Positions 1 through 12,000 of a DNA stretch of 64,000 nt are shown here, piece by piece; the stretch's first letter is position 1; each line of letters starts with the position of its first letter. This DNA is from Convolutriloba macropyga. Lineage: Eukaryota. The position numbers and the translations under genes are program-made. The notes under the pieces were generated by a model. The model saw only the letters and a list, made by a program, of their open reading frames with translations. It was not told the origin of the DNA and did no database searches. The DNA lies in the NCBI RefSeq assembly GCF_964194025.1, contig NC_134470.1, positions 71,424,001 through 71,488,000 of the forward strand, in the 5' to 3' direction.

Positions 1-2737
1 GTTTTTTATATTAAGGGTTCAGTTAAATACACGCGTAAATTGCAGTACAATAGCTTGCGGTCCTCTGAGGTAGTTGCCAAAGTAATTCATTCGAATATAA
101 AATGTTTCCGAATAGAATGTAATTGACCCATCCGGTTTTGGCGACATAGATGCAAAGCAGGGCGAATCAGTACCTGATCATTCTGACGGTAGATTACATT
201 ATATCAATAGAGCTAGCTACCTTTAATATTTCAAGTTTGTTTTCTCAATATGCAATAGTGTGCTATGCACAGCAATATGTGGATGAGTGTTCGTTTTTTT
301 GAAAATAATTGTCCGGAGTGCTTTGGTTTATTCTGTTTTAGGTTTTTCCGTCTTTCGACAATTTTTCATTAAAATATCTGAAAAACTGGTATACAACAGC
401 AGATTTCCTGTAGGAATTTTGTGTACGTTGCTTCCGTGGACAACAATTAAACGGAGCACAATGTTCGGACCGGAGTAAAATCTGACTATGGTATTAATTT
501 TTGTTAAGGTTGATTAAATTGATTAGCATTTTTCGCAGCTCAACACGAGGAAATAAAAAAAGCAATAAAAACATGCACTAATTTTGGAAAATGTTTGACG
601 TGTTTGGTACAAAGTTGAATGCGTTACATTTTTTTCAAATGATCACTCCAGCCGTTGTAATTTTAGAAAGAAAGCAAATGCAAAAAAAACTTGCTGATCC
701 AATGATGACGAACCGTGCCTGTAACTCAAGCTAAGACGTCTGGAAAATTCTCAAAATGCAGCAAAAACAACCAAAACGGTCACTAAGATCCAACTCTCCA
801 CCTTATTAAACCTGTGATGCTATCTGTGGTTTTCGCATAAATATTACATTGTGTGCTCAAGAAATTCGAACAATAATTAATGTGCAGATATTGGAAAATG
901 TTTCTACTTCTATGCTCTTTGACATCTTTGGGAAACAAGAAACTGAAAAGAGAGCAATGCAGCTGGGAATTTTGGCTTTCACAAAAAATTGTCAGCAAAG
1001 TGTTTAAGTTGGTTACATGACAATTTAACCAATTCCATTTTACCCAAAGTCATTTTAGCCCACCTGCCAACTTACTCAATGCTCTTTGATATTTTGGTTC
1101 AATTATCCAATGTTCGGTTGTGATAGCTTCATATCAAATCCCACGGGCCATTTAATTGTATAGTCGGCTAAATAGTCGTTCTGGTAATTTTAACAATAGG
1201 GTAAATTGAAGTTGGCATTTGGTAAAATGGCAGTTGGTGTATAATGGCATTGGAAAAAAATGGAATTGCGTAAGTTGCACCGCTTAAGTTGCTAATCGTT
1301 TGTACTGCTACTGTACACCCCATTTTGATGTTTTTGGTGACTAAGGAATATTGTATTTTTACTGCCAATTATTATGGCCAAAATGAAAAGGAACTGAAAT
1401 GCTAATTTAAAAAAGTTAATAATTTTGTCTTTTTACTTCAAAAGTTTTGTGTTTTTTGCAAAAATCATTCAGTTCATAAGAACTATTAACAGAAAGTTGC
1501 GTTTTTTACGCCAAACGGAACGATAAAAGGCAAGTTTGACAAAAAGAAATTTTAAGTGAAAACATTATGCTCATTGAGAGAACTTCATATCTGGGAAGTT
1601 AAGATGGGTAATTGTCGCTTTCAGTCACCTCGAACAACTCTTATCCATTTTAGGAAAATTTTAGGGGCTAAACTGAAAAATATCTAACAAACGCTGAGCT
1701 ATACAAACCGAAATGAATATTTTTTAAATCTTGTTTATTTACTTGAAAGAAATAGCGTCCTGAGAAAACTCGATGAGGTGACTTAGTTACCATTTGAACT
1801 TAAATGCATGTTCAAAAATTAACTCACAAAATAAGCAAAAAAACTAGAAGGTAGACAAGGAGAACAGTGCCCAAAACTAGCACCCGATGCCCGGAAAAAG
1901 TCTCATTACATTGAATTATTGCCTACTCTGCTAACAACATTGGAGTCTGATGGTCCTGACTACAAAAATTGAAAAAAAAACGTTATTCGGACGTAATATT
2001 CAAGCTTAAATTGTTCATCTTGTTTATATTGGTTTTCTCAAGCATTGAGTTGATTCCATCGTAATCAACGACAGCGCTCAAGTGTAACTCAAATTCTTTG
2101 ATTTGTAATGTCTTTGTTCAGCTTAGTTAATAGATTTTTGAGCCACAGCGATCGGGTTAAAAATACGAGTGAATACGGAAAGTTTCGAAAATTTTGCGAG
2201 GTCTGATGTAGGTTGCGAATATTTTTTTTCACCGTCCGGGCATAGCAAAAGGTTTTAAAATCATTGTTGTTATGATTTCAAAAATACTTCCTAAGTATTT
2301 TTCTCATAGGATGAATGGAAGAAATTCGCAAGTACTTGAAGCTAAAATGGCGTGACACGACTCAAGTTGTTCTGCGCGTTTGGTATACCACTTTTCCAAT
2401 TTATACCACTTTTCCAATTTATGAAGTAGAATATACAAATGTAAGAAAAATGAAGATGGCGACGTAGATACATTGCATCTAATTTGTGTACATTTTCTTT
2501 TGGTAGAGTTATTAATAATAACACGCTGTATTAAGCGATGACGAGCAGCTATATATTAACGTTATTATATTATCGGCATATTAAGAGTAAGAGCAGTTTT
2601 TGCTATTACTTAATATCTGAGCTTTTGTGCGATCATTCTAGATAAATTGAGCTTTTCTTAAATGAAACACCTCTGGTCTATATGACTTCCGTTTTCATTT
2701 CCTATTTTAAACCTGGATTCGGTCAAGAATTTTTCAG

Positions 2738-4236
2738 TGTCATCGGCGGCTATTGCCGGAGCTTTAACTGGATGTTCGGTTCGGTTGCTTGTAAATCCAT
2801 TTGACGTCATCAAAATACGATGGCAGCTCCAGGCGGAAATCATATCAACCAATCAGAATCGGCAGATGTTGGCTAATCGAGGGTACAACAGCAAATATCA
2901 ATCGTGGCTTCAAACATGTCGGAACATATTGAACGAAGAGGGTGTGAAATCTTTCTGGAAAGGTCATTTATCCGGCCAAGCCTTAACTATTGTGTATAAT
3001 TCTGTACAATTTTCAACGTACAAGTTTTTGACCCAGAAGTTAAAAGATTTGAATTATTCGAAAGATAATTTTCTTCTTCAATTTGCAATCGGAGGATTTA
3101 GCGGTTCCGTGGCAACGGTTGCTGCGTTGCCTTTGGACGTTATCAGAACTCGAATGGTTTCACAAGGTGCTAAGCCGTTTTATTCTTCAATTCCAGATGC
3201 AATTTTAAAAATACATAAAGCAGACGGTGCTATTGGATTTTACAGAGGAACAGTTCCGGCAGTTGTTCAGACATTCCCTGCAGCGGGGCTTACTTTTGGG
3301 TTTTACAAAATGTTTCACACAGCCTTGAGACAGTTTCCGATTATTGAGGAAAACGTAGTGAATGTTGCATCCGGATTCTTTTCTGGCTTGCTCGTCAAGG
3401 TGTTTGTTCATCCACTGGATGTGTTCAAAAAGCGTCTCATGATTCAGGTTAGAACCCCGAATGCCTTTTGATTCAGAAAATGAAGGTTTTTATAATTTGT
3501 GTAAAAAACAGTTTAGTAAATAAGGTCTGAGCAGCCATCCGTTGCTAACACCGATTTGTGCGCATAGCATACAGTACGCACCGAATCTTTTCTTTTATGC
3601 ACCCCACTCCCCAAAAAAGAATTCAGCTTAGTAGGTGCATACTGTTTGCAACCCTCAAGGGACGTGCTGTATAACTAGGTTGCACATCATACTGAGGCAC
3701 AAACTGAAAAGATCGTAGACATAATACAGTACGAAAGGATCTGGGAGTACTTTGAAGGAAATCCGGGTATATTTTCGAATGAGAAAAGAATACGAACAGC
3801 TGCTGCCGTGAAGTCACTAAGTCACTTTACAACTATATTCCCTATTGTTGTTCCAGTTAAAAGCAAGACATCATGCCTGATCTCTAACTCCGAACCGCTT
3901 TTTATCAGTTCCTCTCATCAAATTTCTCAAGGACATAAGCTGAGTTGCGTTGGACTGAATGAATATTGCTTCACCGGGTGTTTGTTTTGAGTTTGTTACT
4001 CGAAAGTATTAGTTATTGTTGTTTACTTCTAGGGCTTTGAAGAAGCTAGACGAGGATTCGGAAGATATGTTGTCTACAAAGGGTTCACTGACTGTGCAGT
4101 TACCATGATGAGAGAAGAAGGCGTGGGTGGTCTCTTCAAGGGAGCTAGTCCCAACCTTGTCAAGGGTGCGATCTCCACAGCTCTGACCTTCGGATTCTTT
4201 GAACTGTATTGCAAAATGCTCAAAGATTCAGCTTAG
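2738..4236 (+). CDS. SLC25A19: Mitochondrial thiamine pyrophosphate carrier (SLC25 family); coding exons 2738-3447 and 4033-4236, 5' exon uncertain
   Basis: Three carrier signature motifs (PFDVIKIR, PLDVIRTR, PLDVFKKR) plus FWKGH. Intron 3448-4032 (CAG|GTTAGA...TTCTAG|GGC, phase 0) joins an exon reading GFEEARRGFGRYVVYKGFTDCAVTMMREEGVGGLFKGASPNLVKGAISTALTFGFFELYCKMLKDSA*, resembling the SLC25A19/Tpc1 C-terminus (GFEHARAAFG...YKGLMDC). Acceptor TTTTCAG ends at 2737 and an in-frame stop at 2683-2685 implies an upstream exon. Confidence 0.9.
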
Positions 4237-6280
4237 GATTATTCTCATATTCAAATGCAGGATTTTTGAACCTGATATGTAAATGGTTGATATAATTTTG
4301 TAATTAGATGCCAAGTGGTTCATTTCGCAATTAATTTTTGACAAATTTGTTTTGAAATAGATAATTCTTTGGCACAAGAAGGGTGTACAATGAACTTTTG
4401 CTGCTACCTGATCTTTAAGCAACGTTAGCTGCTTGTAATATGAGGCGGCATAGGCTGTGGGCCGAAAACGCGCGTTATGTTTTATAGCTGCGAACCTATA
4501 AGCTGAGCGTAGCCTTATTGCGGTGCTCTATGTTTTGGTTTTTGTTTCGTCTTCTGACGCTCTGTTTTGTTTTACATTTCACTCCGCAAACTTCGATTGA
4601 ACTTGAAATGAGGTGTTTGTTCTAAAACGTTTTAGTCATTTATATGGTTGGCAACTGAATCAACGCAATTTTTTATCTGTTGCTTTCTGTTTCCTACATT
4701 ACGAAAGTCTGTTTCGATGCCATTTCGGCAATCTGTATACTGTTTGTAAATTTTTCCGAAAAAAAAACAGTGTCAATTTTTAATGTGTTTTGTTAATTTA
4801 GACAGCCTAAACATAAAAGTCTTAATTTTACAACTAGAATTTTTAACTAGAAATTGCGGCCCACAACGGCTCGATAATGGAAACTGAAAACTTCAAATAT
4901 TTTCTGAAGTGCGTCTTCCAAACCTGCGTTGCTTTTTGTAAAACTAAGATGGAAAAAACGTTTGAATTCTCAGAGTATGTTGTGAGTCTACTCGTTTCAA
5001 CTCCCCCCTCATATAAATTACGTTTAGTTATGTAGAGCGTTACTATGTAAAATATAGCATGTGCGTCTGGGGAAATAAAATTTATATACTCTGTAAGCTA
5101 AGGGGGGGGGGGGGCATTAGTCAATAGGGTGGCATAGGTTAGGGCAATTCGACGAAGAGTAGGCTGGGCGTATATGCCACCTAGACGTGATTATTGAGAG
5201 CAGAAAGTCAAATTTAAAGGCTCAACATTGGGTCTGAAATGTCTGGGTTAAATACACGACGTGCAATGTAGCTTTTCGTTCTGAAAATAATTGCAGGTAT
5301 TGCTTGCTTAGTTGGTCATGGAATTCCATTCAGTACTGTCTTGAACGGCAATAGAAAATTGTTAGCAATACTCCTTTGTTGTATAGTTGAGCTAGACTTA
5401 TAGATAAATAAGGTTATTCATAGAAACAGGTTGAATAATTAAATTATAAATATTTGCTAGCTAAATACAAAAAAGAAGAGCGCTGTACAATGAGTAAAAG
5501 CTCTCAGCGGCGTTCGAAAAGTATTTTTCAAATCTGATAATTCTCAACATCTAGTGTTCGATCACTTTGACAGCGAACTTCATGTAAAAAGGATAAAGAA
5601 GAAACAAAAAATCGTGTGAACGTTGCTAAACAAGTTTAGCCTGTTTTATAGCTGGATTTGAAAACTGTATTTCACAAAGTTTTCAAAAGTTCAACAGGCT
5701 ATACAAACGTTGCGCCTCAGGCTCGTCAACAGATACTCATGCTTCTTGTCGTCAACTATAATTCGAGAATTGCCTGAATTTTAGATCTTAATTGAATTGT
5801 TTATAATGATAGTTCTCGTTAGTCTTCCTTAAAAGGCTGTCATTATAAACTGTCGTTTTCGATGATGTTATTATCATGTAGTTTCCACCTATTTTGTAAT
5901 ATTCGCAAACATTTTCAGCAATGAATACTTCTTGAATACGTTTTTCTGAAAAATTAAATGATGAAAGTTTTTACAAAATTGAATATTTTACCGAGGCTGG
6001 TGATTTTTTCTCGACACCAAAATTTCAAAACGTTATTTATGATTAGTTTTTAAATATCTGTATCGTATCATATGTAGTACCAACTGTTTTAATTCAAAGA
6101 TGTTTGATAATGTCTACTGTTTATTGAAGTCAAATGCGAAAAGAGATTTTAAAAAAAATAATTCTGAGACAATTTTGCAAAATTTTCTTCCTTCATTTCT
6201 TTTTAGGATTTTTAAACGAAGAAATCAAATTTTTTCAATGTGAGCTGCACTATAGAGCAAAATTTTTATGTAATTTTTGG

Positions 6281-7137
6281 CATTGACTTAAAATTAATTT
6301 TTCTAGAAAAAAGAAATATTTGTTGTCAAAGAGTCAGATTTCAACGTAAATAGGCGAGAAAAGTGAAAAAAACGTTCCGAACTTCAAACTTCAATATCTC
6401 GAGAAATTAAAAGTCGGCCAATATCGGTACAACAACCCATTCAGATTTTTGAGGGATTTCTAATAATATCTTTTTGAGGGATTTCTAAGATGTCGATTGT
6501 CGTTCGAGAGCAAGTTGTTCTGCGTTAGTCGGCAACGTATTAGTTTTTATTTCAAGGGCTTTGACGAAGCTAGACGAGAACTCGGAAGATATGTTGTCTA
6601 CAAATGGTTAACTTACGGGCAGTTACCATGTTCAGAGAAGAAGACGTGGGTGGTCTCTTCAAGGTAGCCAGTCCCAACCTTGTCATGGGTGCGATCTCCA
6701 CAGCTCTGACTTTCGGATTCTTTGAACTGTATTGCAAAATGCTCAAGGATTCAGCTTAAGATTATTCTCATATTTAAATGCAGGAATTTTGAATCTGAGA
6801 TATAAATGGTTGGTTTAATTTTGTAATTAGATGCCAAGTGGTTCATTTCGCAATTAAATTTTGACAAATTATTTTTGAAATAGATAAAATTCTTTTGGAG
6901 AGTGCAGAATGAACTTATGCTGCTACCTGATCTTTAAGCAACGTGAACCGCACTTTGGAGCAAACTAGGTAAATTTTGACATTGGCCTAAAACAATTTTT
7001 CTAGAAATAACAAATTTTTATCAATGAGTCAGATTTCAACGTAAATAGTCGAGAAAAGTGAAAAAAATTCGGAATTTCAAACCTTATTAACTAGAGAAAT
7101 CAAAAGTTGACCAGTATCTTTTCAACAATCCTTTCAG
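6281..7137 (+). repeat. Pair of diverged ~160-bp direct repeats (6281-6445 and 6980-7137) flanking the pseudo-exon
   Basis: Shared core gagtcagatttcaacgtaaatag.cgagaaaagtgaaaaaaa in both copies, with alignable flanks. Confidence 0.75.
6535..6944 (+). pseudogene. Duplicated, frameshifted copy of the SLC25A19 last exon plus 3' UTR
   Basis: Clearly similar to ~4005-4425 including the acceptor (TTCAAG|GGC at 6557) and UTR. A 1-nt deletion (ttcactgactgtgcagtt -> ttaacttacgggcagtt) shifts the frame to an early TAG. Confidence 0.88.
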
Positions 7138-8697
7138 GTGACTTTTATTTCGTTTTCAATTTCAAGGCACTGACTGATAATGATCAGATATTGTTAAGCA
7201 GTTTTAAATGAAATGCAATTTTTAATTTCACAAATGAAATGATGTTTTTAATTATGTCAATCTTTAATAAACTCTCGATTTTCTCGAAGAAAGGTAAGAC
7301 GCAGAAAATATGGTTTTCAATATGGTTTAACAGGGCTTAAAATATGGTTTTCTTTTATACCATTTATACCATTTTTTCCATCGCAATTTACAAAAAATGT
7401 GCGCCAATTGAATGGAACTCCGCAAAAAAATAACGAAATTTCATTTTCGCTTTCCAATAGCCGAACTTGTTTCTCTCTCCGTCTCAAGTCTCAATTTCTC
7501 TTCTTCTTCATCGAGCATATGCTGTGACTTTGCCTCCGATTTTGACTTTTATTGATAGAGACTGAAAATAGTCCAAAATTCTCCTTTTTTGGGTGACATG
7601 TTATCGGTGTTAATTACAATTAGGAGAGTAGTGTATATTCAAGCTCATGTTTTGATTTAGTGACCATAGATAAGCGTCCCGTGAGATCAATAATCTTCAG
7701 TCTCTCAGGCTCGAAACATAACCGCGTTTTGTCTGATTATTTCGAGGTACTTCGCATTAATGCGAGCTAATTCGAGTCACGGCCAGTTATTCGTATTGTC
7801 CGTCTAATCATGACTAATTCGACTGATTCAACCGGTTCATTTTTCCACCACCTCAACCGGGGTACTCCATTGCTACAATAAAAAATGCCGTAGCCGGCCA
7901 AATATAGTCAACGGAGATCCTTCGGGTAAAGAACAATTTGATTCTTCTCTACCGTTAAGCATTTCCAAATGTTAGAAACCCAGAATAAAAAATTGCAATT
8001 GCAGGAGAATAAGATCTCGTGCCAAGCTATGTATTTGTTTGGACATAATAATAAACTTAACATACAAAATGCATAAACAATGCATTATGCAGTCTAATTG
8101 ATGAGGAAATAAATTATCCGAAAATGCAGGTTTGTTATTTTTAAACGGTTGCTGAGATGGAATACTACACATTTACACATCTGCCCGAATTCGACTGCAC
8201 TTCTTCTTGTAAGCTTGCATCTGTAACTTGACGTTGATTATGAAAAATGCGTAAGACGTTTTGTCTAGATGCACAATTAGAACTACTGAAACAACATTTG
8301 AGTCTTGCCCAGGGAACATTTGGCGAGCCCAGAAACCTGCAGTTTGTTCGGTTTGGCCTTTTCCGACTGCCCACCGGTGCCCAAATTTTCTGCAGCCAGG
8401 TTTACGCATGACTTTCGGTCTGTTTGATCTGGCCCATCTCTGACTTTTGGACTTGAAAGATCTGGACACCCTGTCTGCATTAGCTAAAGTCGGGCGGGCA
8501 AATCTTGGGCCGCGAGTGTCAAATAAATTAGTCAATTCCTCCAATAAAATTACGAAAATGAATTTTTTAGGTCAATAATGGAGTCATGCAAAATTTAGAT
8601 TCAAAACAAGCGTTATTATTAGTTAAATTTCAATCCCGCTCGCTTGACAACATCAACCGCAAACCTCCACATTAAGTTTCACAACGTCAATATAGTC

Positions 8698-9007
8698 TCA
8701 ATTTTCCATCTGATCGCGAATACGAATAAATTCAGCTCTTGCCAAATCATGTAGCCAGCCAAGTTTGCTGAAATTATCCATCTGATGTTTTCGAAAATAA
8801 GCACTAAGGCTATCAAAAGTAATCGCTTGATTTCCGAACTCCTGATTTAGACTGTAGTACTCCATTAAGATATCTTTAACATCACGCATCGATCTCACAC
8901 TCCGATCCCAGTTGCAAAAGAACTTCACTGCTTCTTTAAGCAGGACTTGCAACGTATCTCGGGGAACCAGTTGGAAATCGCGTTTACAGTCTGCTAATTG
9001 GCAATGC
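8698..9007 (-). CDS. Gene B terminal exon: HCQLADCKRDFQLVPRDTLQVLLKEAVKFFCNWDRSVRSMRDVKD...QMEN*
   Basis: Part of ORF 8698-9027; acceptor TTTTTAG at 9008-9009 (alternative AAG gives start 9019); aligns with gene A exon 3. Confidence 0.75.
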
Positions 9008-12000
9008 CTAAAAAGGCAACTTGGCAACCCCCGTGATTTCGGAGTTTTTTTTTCGAAACAGTCAAATTAGATTATTACCAAAAGGTTTAAGATACTTGAA
9101 ACAAAAACAATATACACAAATCATGCAAGCATTAATTAATACAGGGAAGCTCGGTAGTGTGTGTTTGTATATCAAGTTCCGCCCCCGCTTATCCAAATTT
9201 TTGACAACAAATGAGGAAGAGATAAGAAACTTCCATTAAATCACAAACTGCTCTAAAACAATCGCTAAACGAATCAAACTGTCTTAATGAGACTACGAGA
9301 CAACACACATAACAAAAAAAACAATTAAAATAATATATAGAGCAAAATGCAGCCCAACGACCTTGAAGCATCAGATAAGAATCATAAAATCAGATGAGCA
9401 CTGTCAAATGAGCGAGCACAAATAAAACCTCAATTGAACAAAAAAGAGAAAAGCAGCCTGGGCCAGTCCGTAACCCAACTAGGTATCAAGTCGACAAAAA
9501 GAAGATCAAAACGGGGCAAAGTTTTTAAAACTCGCATTTCTTGAAACATATGATTATAAGAAATCATTACGATAATGAAATTTGCACTGATACTGATTCA
9601 TGGCATAATTCAAAGTAAGTAATACAACTACAAAAAACCGCAAACACAGACATAAACCAAAAATTTAATCGAAAATTTTGAAAAAATTGAAAGCATTCAA
9701 ACCATCTTTCTACCGAAAATAATATAAATTTTCTAATTATCCTCTTTTAAACGCCCTTTGGGCCCGTCATTATCATAACTTTTCGACAGGGCACAGAAAG
9801 AAACTACAAATAATGGTCATAAATCAATTTGTGGAAAATACAGCCGGAAAAAAAACAAAAAAAAAAACAAATTTTGTTTCGCTAAAAAAGATGGGACTTG
9901 TCTTTAATTATGAGAGACTCAGCTACAAGTTGCCAGAGTTCCAGAATTAAGATTACGGAAGCAGCAAATTTGAAAAGAAACACAAAGTTTTAAAGTCATC
10001 AGAGCCGTCAGGTATCAATTGAAAGCAATAGATGTTTTCGCTTTATTATCTTTAACCAATTATTCAGACTATGACATAGGGTTAGAAAAAGGACAACAAG
10101 AGGTCAAAACTTGAGAAATTATTAAAAAACTTGATTATTATTATTATAATTATTATTATTATTATTACCTTGATTTTTTCCTGAAAATATGGACAGCGGT
10201 CCTTTATAGTCCTAATCTATTTCGATTGTAAAAAGAGTAGAATGAAATAGCTTTTATTACTGTGCCTCTAATGGAAACATTAAAATTCTTCCAAAATTTT
10301 TTACTATCAAAATTCTAAAAAAGCAGGAAAAACCTATTCCAGAACACTCCTATAGGAAGCGGGATTGCATAATTGGTTTTATGACCCCTTCACAAAATAT
10401 TATTTGTCATAATAGCAATGTTACTATTTCAAAGTTTCAGAAAGTAAATGCTCTTCGAGGGGGGGGGGGGGGGGGGAGAGTTATGAGTCATTTGCCCAGG
10501 AAGCTTAGCCACCGAAATAGAATAGATCCAAAAATTAACGTACCACTCTCGGCAGGTCCATTGTAATTGTGTTGCTCGGGTATTACCAAAGAAGGCGACA
10601 AAAGGGTACTGCCTTCGAACACATTGGGCGGGATCGTTGTTGCACTTCAACACGTACGGTAACAGATGATTTTTGAACATCCGATGTTTCACCCAGATTT
10701 CCGGAAAGCGACATGTTCGAAACGACGATATTTTCGTCGCGGACTTCGTTTCTAATCAGAAAACAAGTCAAAATTCAACTTTTTATTATTCAGGTGTTTT
10801 TTCAGGTAAATTCACCTAAACTTAGCATCATCTATTTTATAACTCCCCAGGTTGAGATTCAGACGAAAATTGGTTTATGATCAGACCCAGTCGATCAGCG
10901 TTCTGATCAGAGACTCATCTGAAGTCCGATAGCTCTGATCAGAAAGAAGGAGTCAAGCTGATACTAAAGGCCGGTCCCCTTCAGAGGAAGTTTTGATCAA
11001 CTGGAGACCACGAAGTTCCTTATGGAAAGCTGTCTTAACTCATCCATTGAGTCAGAAAAGTACACTCAGCGGTACACTAAAAAAATTTGGTGTCAATTGT
11101 TGGGTTTAGTTTTCTTTAGCAATACTTTTATAATTGATTTTTCCTTAGATGAATTAAATGCTGCAAACATCAGTTTTTATGAAATGAATATATTATAGCA
11201 AAACTAAGAGATTTGTTCATAAGTAAAATTTTTTTCCCAAAAGACTCATTCGAGCGCACTTGAGTCTGATCAGAGTCGGATTAAGGTCTGGGCAATGGTC
11301 TGAATTTGAGTCTGGACCATGGTCTGAAGATGGTCTGACCAGAACGCCTTCGGTCAGAAATGTCTGACCAGAGACCCTTTGTGTCTGGGAAGTCTGATCA
11401 GAGGCATCTTGGGTCTGGAAAGTCTGATCAGGGTTAATTTCCGTCTGGAAAGTCTGTTCAGAGATAATTTTGGAGTGAAAAATCTGATCAGACAAAAATT
11501 TGGATCTGGACCTCAACCTGGGTCAGCGCTTAGTATCTTTAAAAATTACACTGCCTTGATCTTTGCAAAGAATATCAACCTATATGACACTTAGTTCAAA
11601 ATAAGTAAAAGGCTATCTACAGTTTTTCTTTACACAACTTAAAGCCTTCTGTGTAATTAGAAGTAATCACGTGGTCCTCTACTTGAAAAGAATGTATTAT
11701 TTCTCGTTAAACCAATATAGTGTAACATTTCTTTTTTATTCAAACAGACATCGATTATAACAAACATTTGGATGCAAAAATTATTGGACATTTAATGTTT
11801 GGGATTATTTTGATATTGTTGTGCAATTCAACTGAAAAGTCATGAAAATTCTCCAGGAATTATTCAATGCGGTTTTAATCGAATTTGCGTGCTTTACGAA
11901 AAATGATTTTTTCAGAAATTTTTTTCAGGTAATTTGGTTTTAGTATAAATAATTCAATGCGTGAGTAGATAAAAAAACCAGAAGTAAAGACCAAAAGATT

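Noticed and set aside
1020-1270. Imperfect inverted repeat (ccattttacc / ggtaaaatgg)
   Set aside because: Too degenerate to define ends or a TSD.
2737-3471. ORF-track boundaries for the carrier gene
   Set aside because: The GTG start overlaps a splice acceptor and the tail VRTPNAF is intron read-through.
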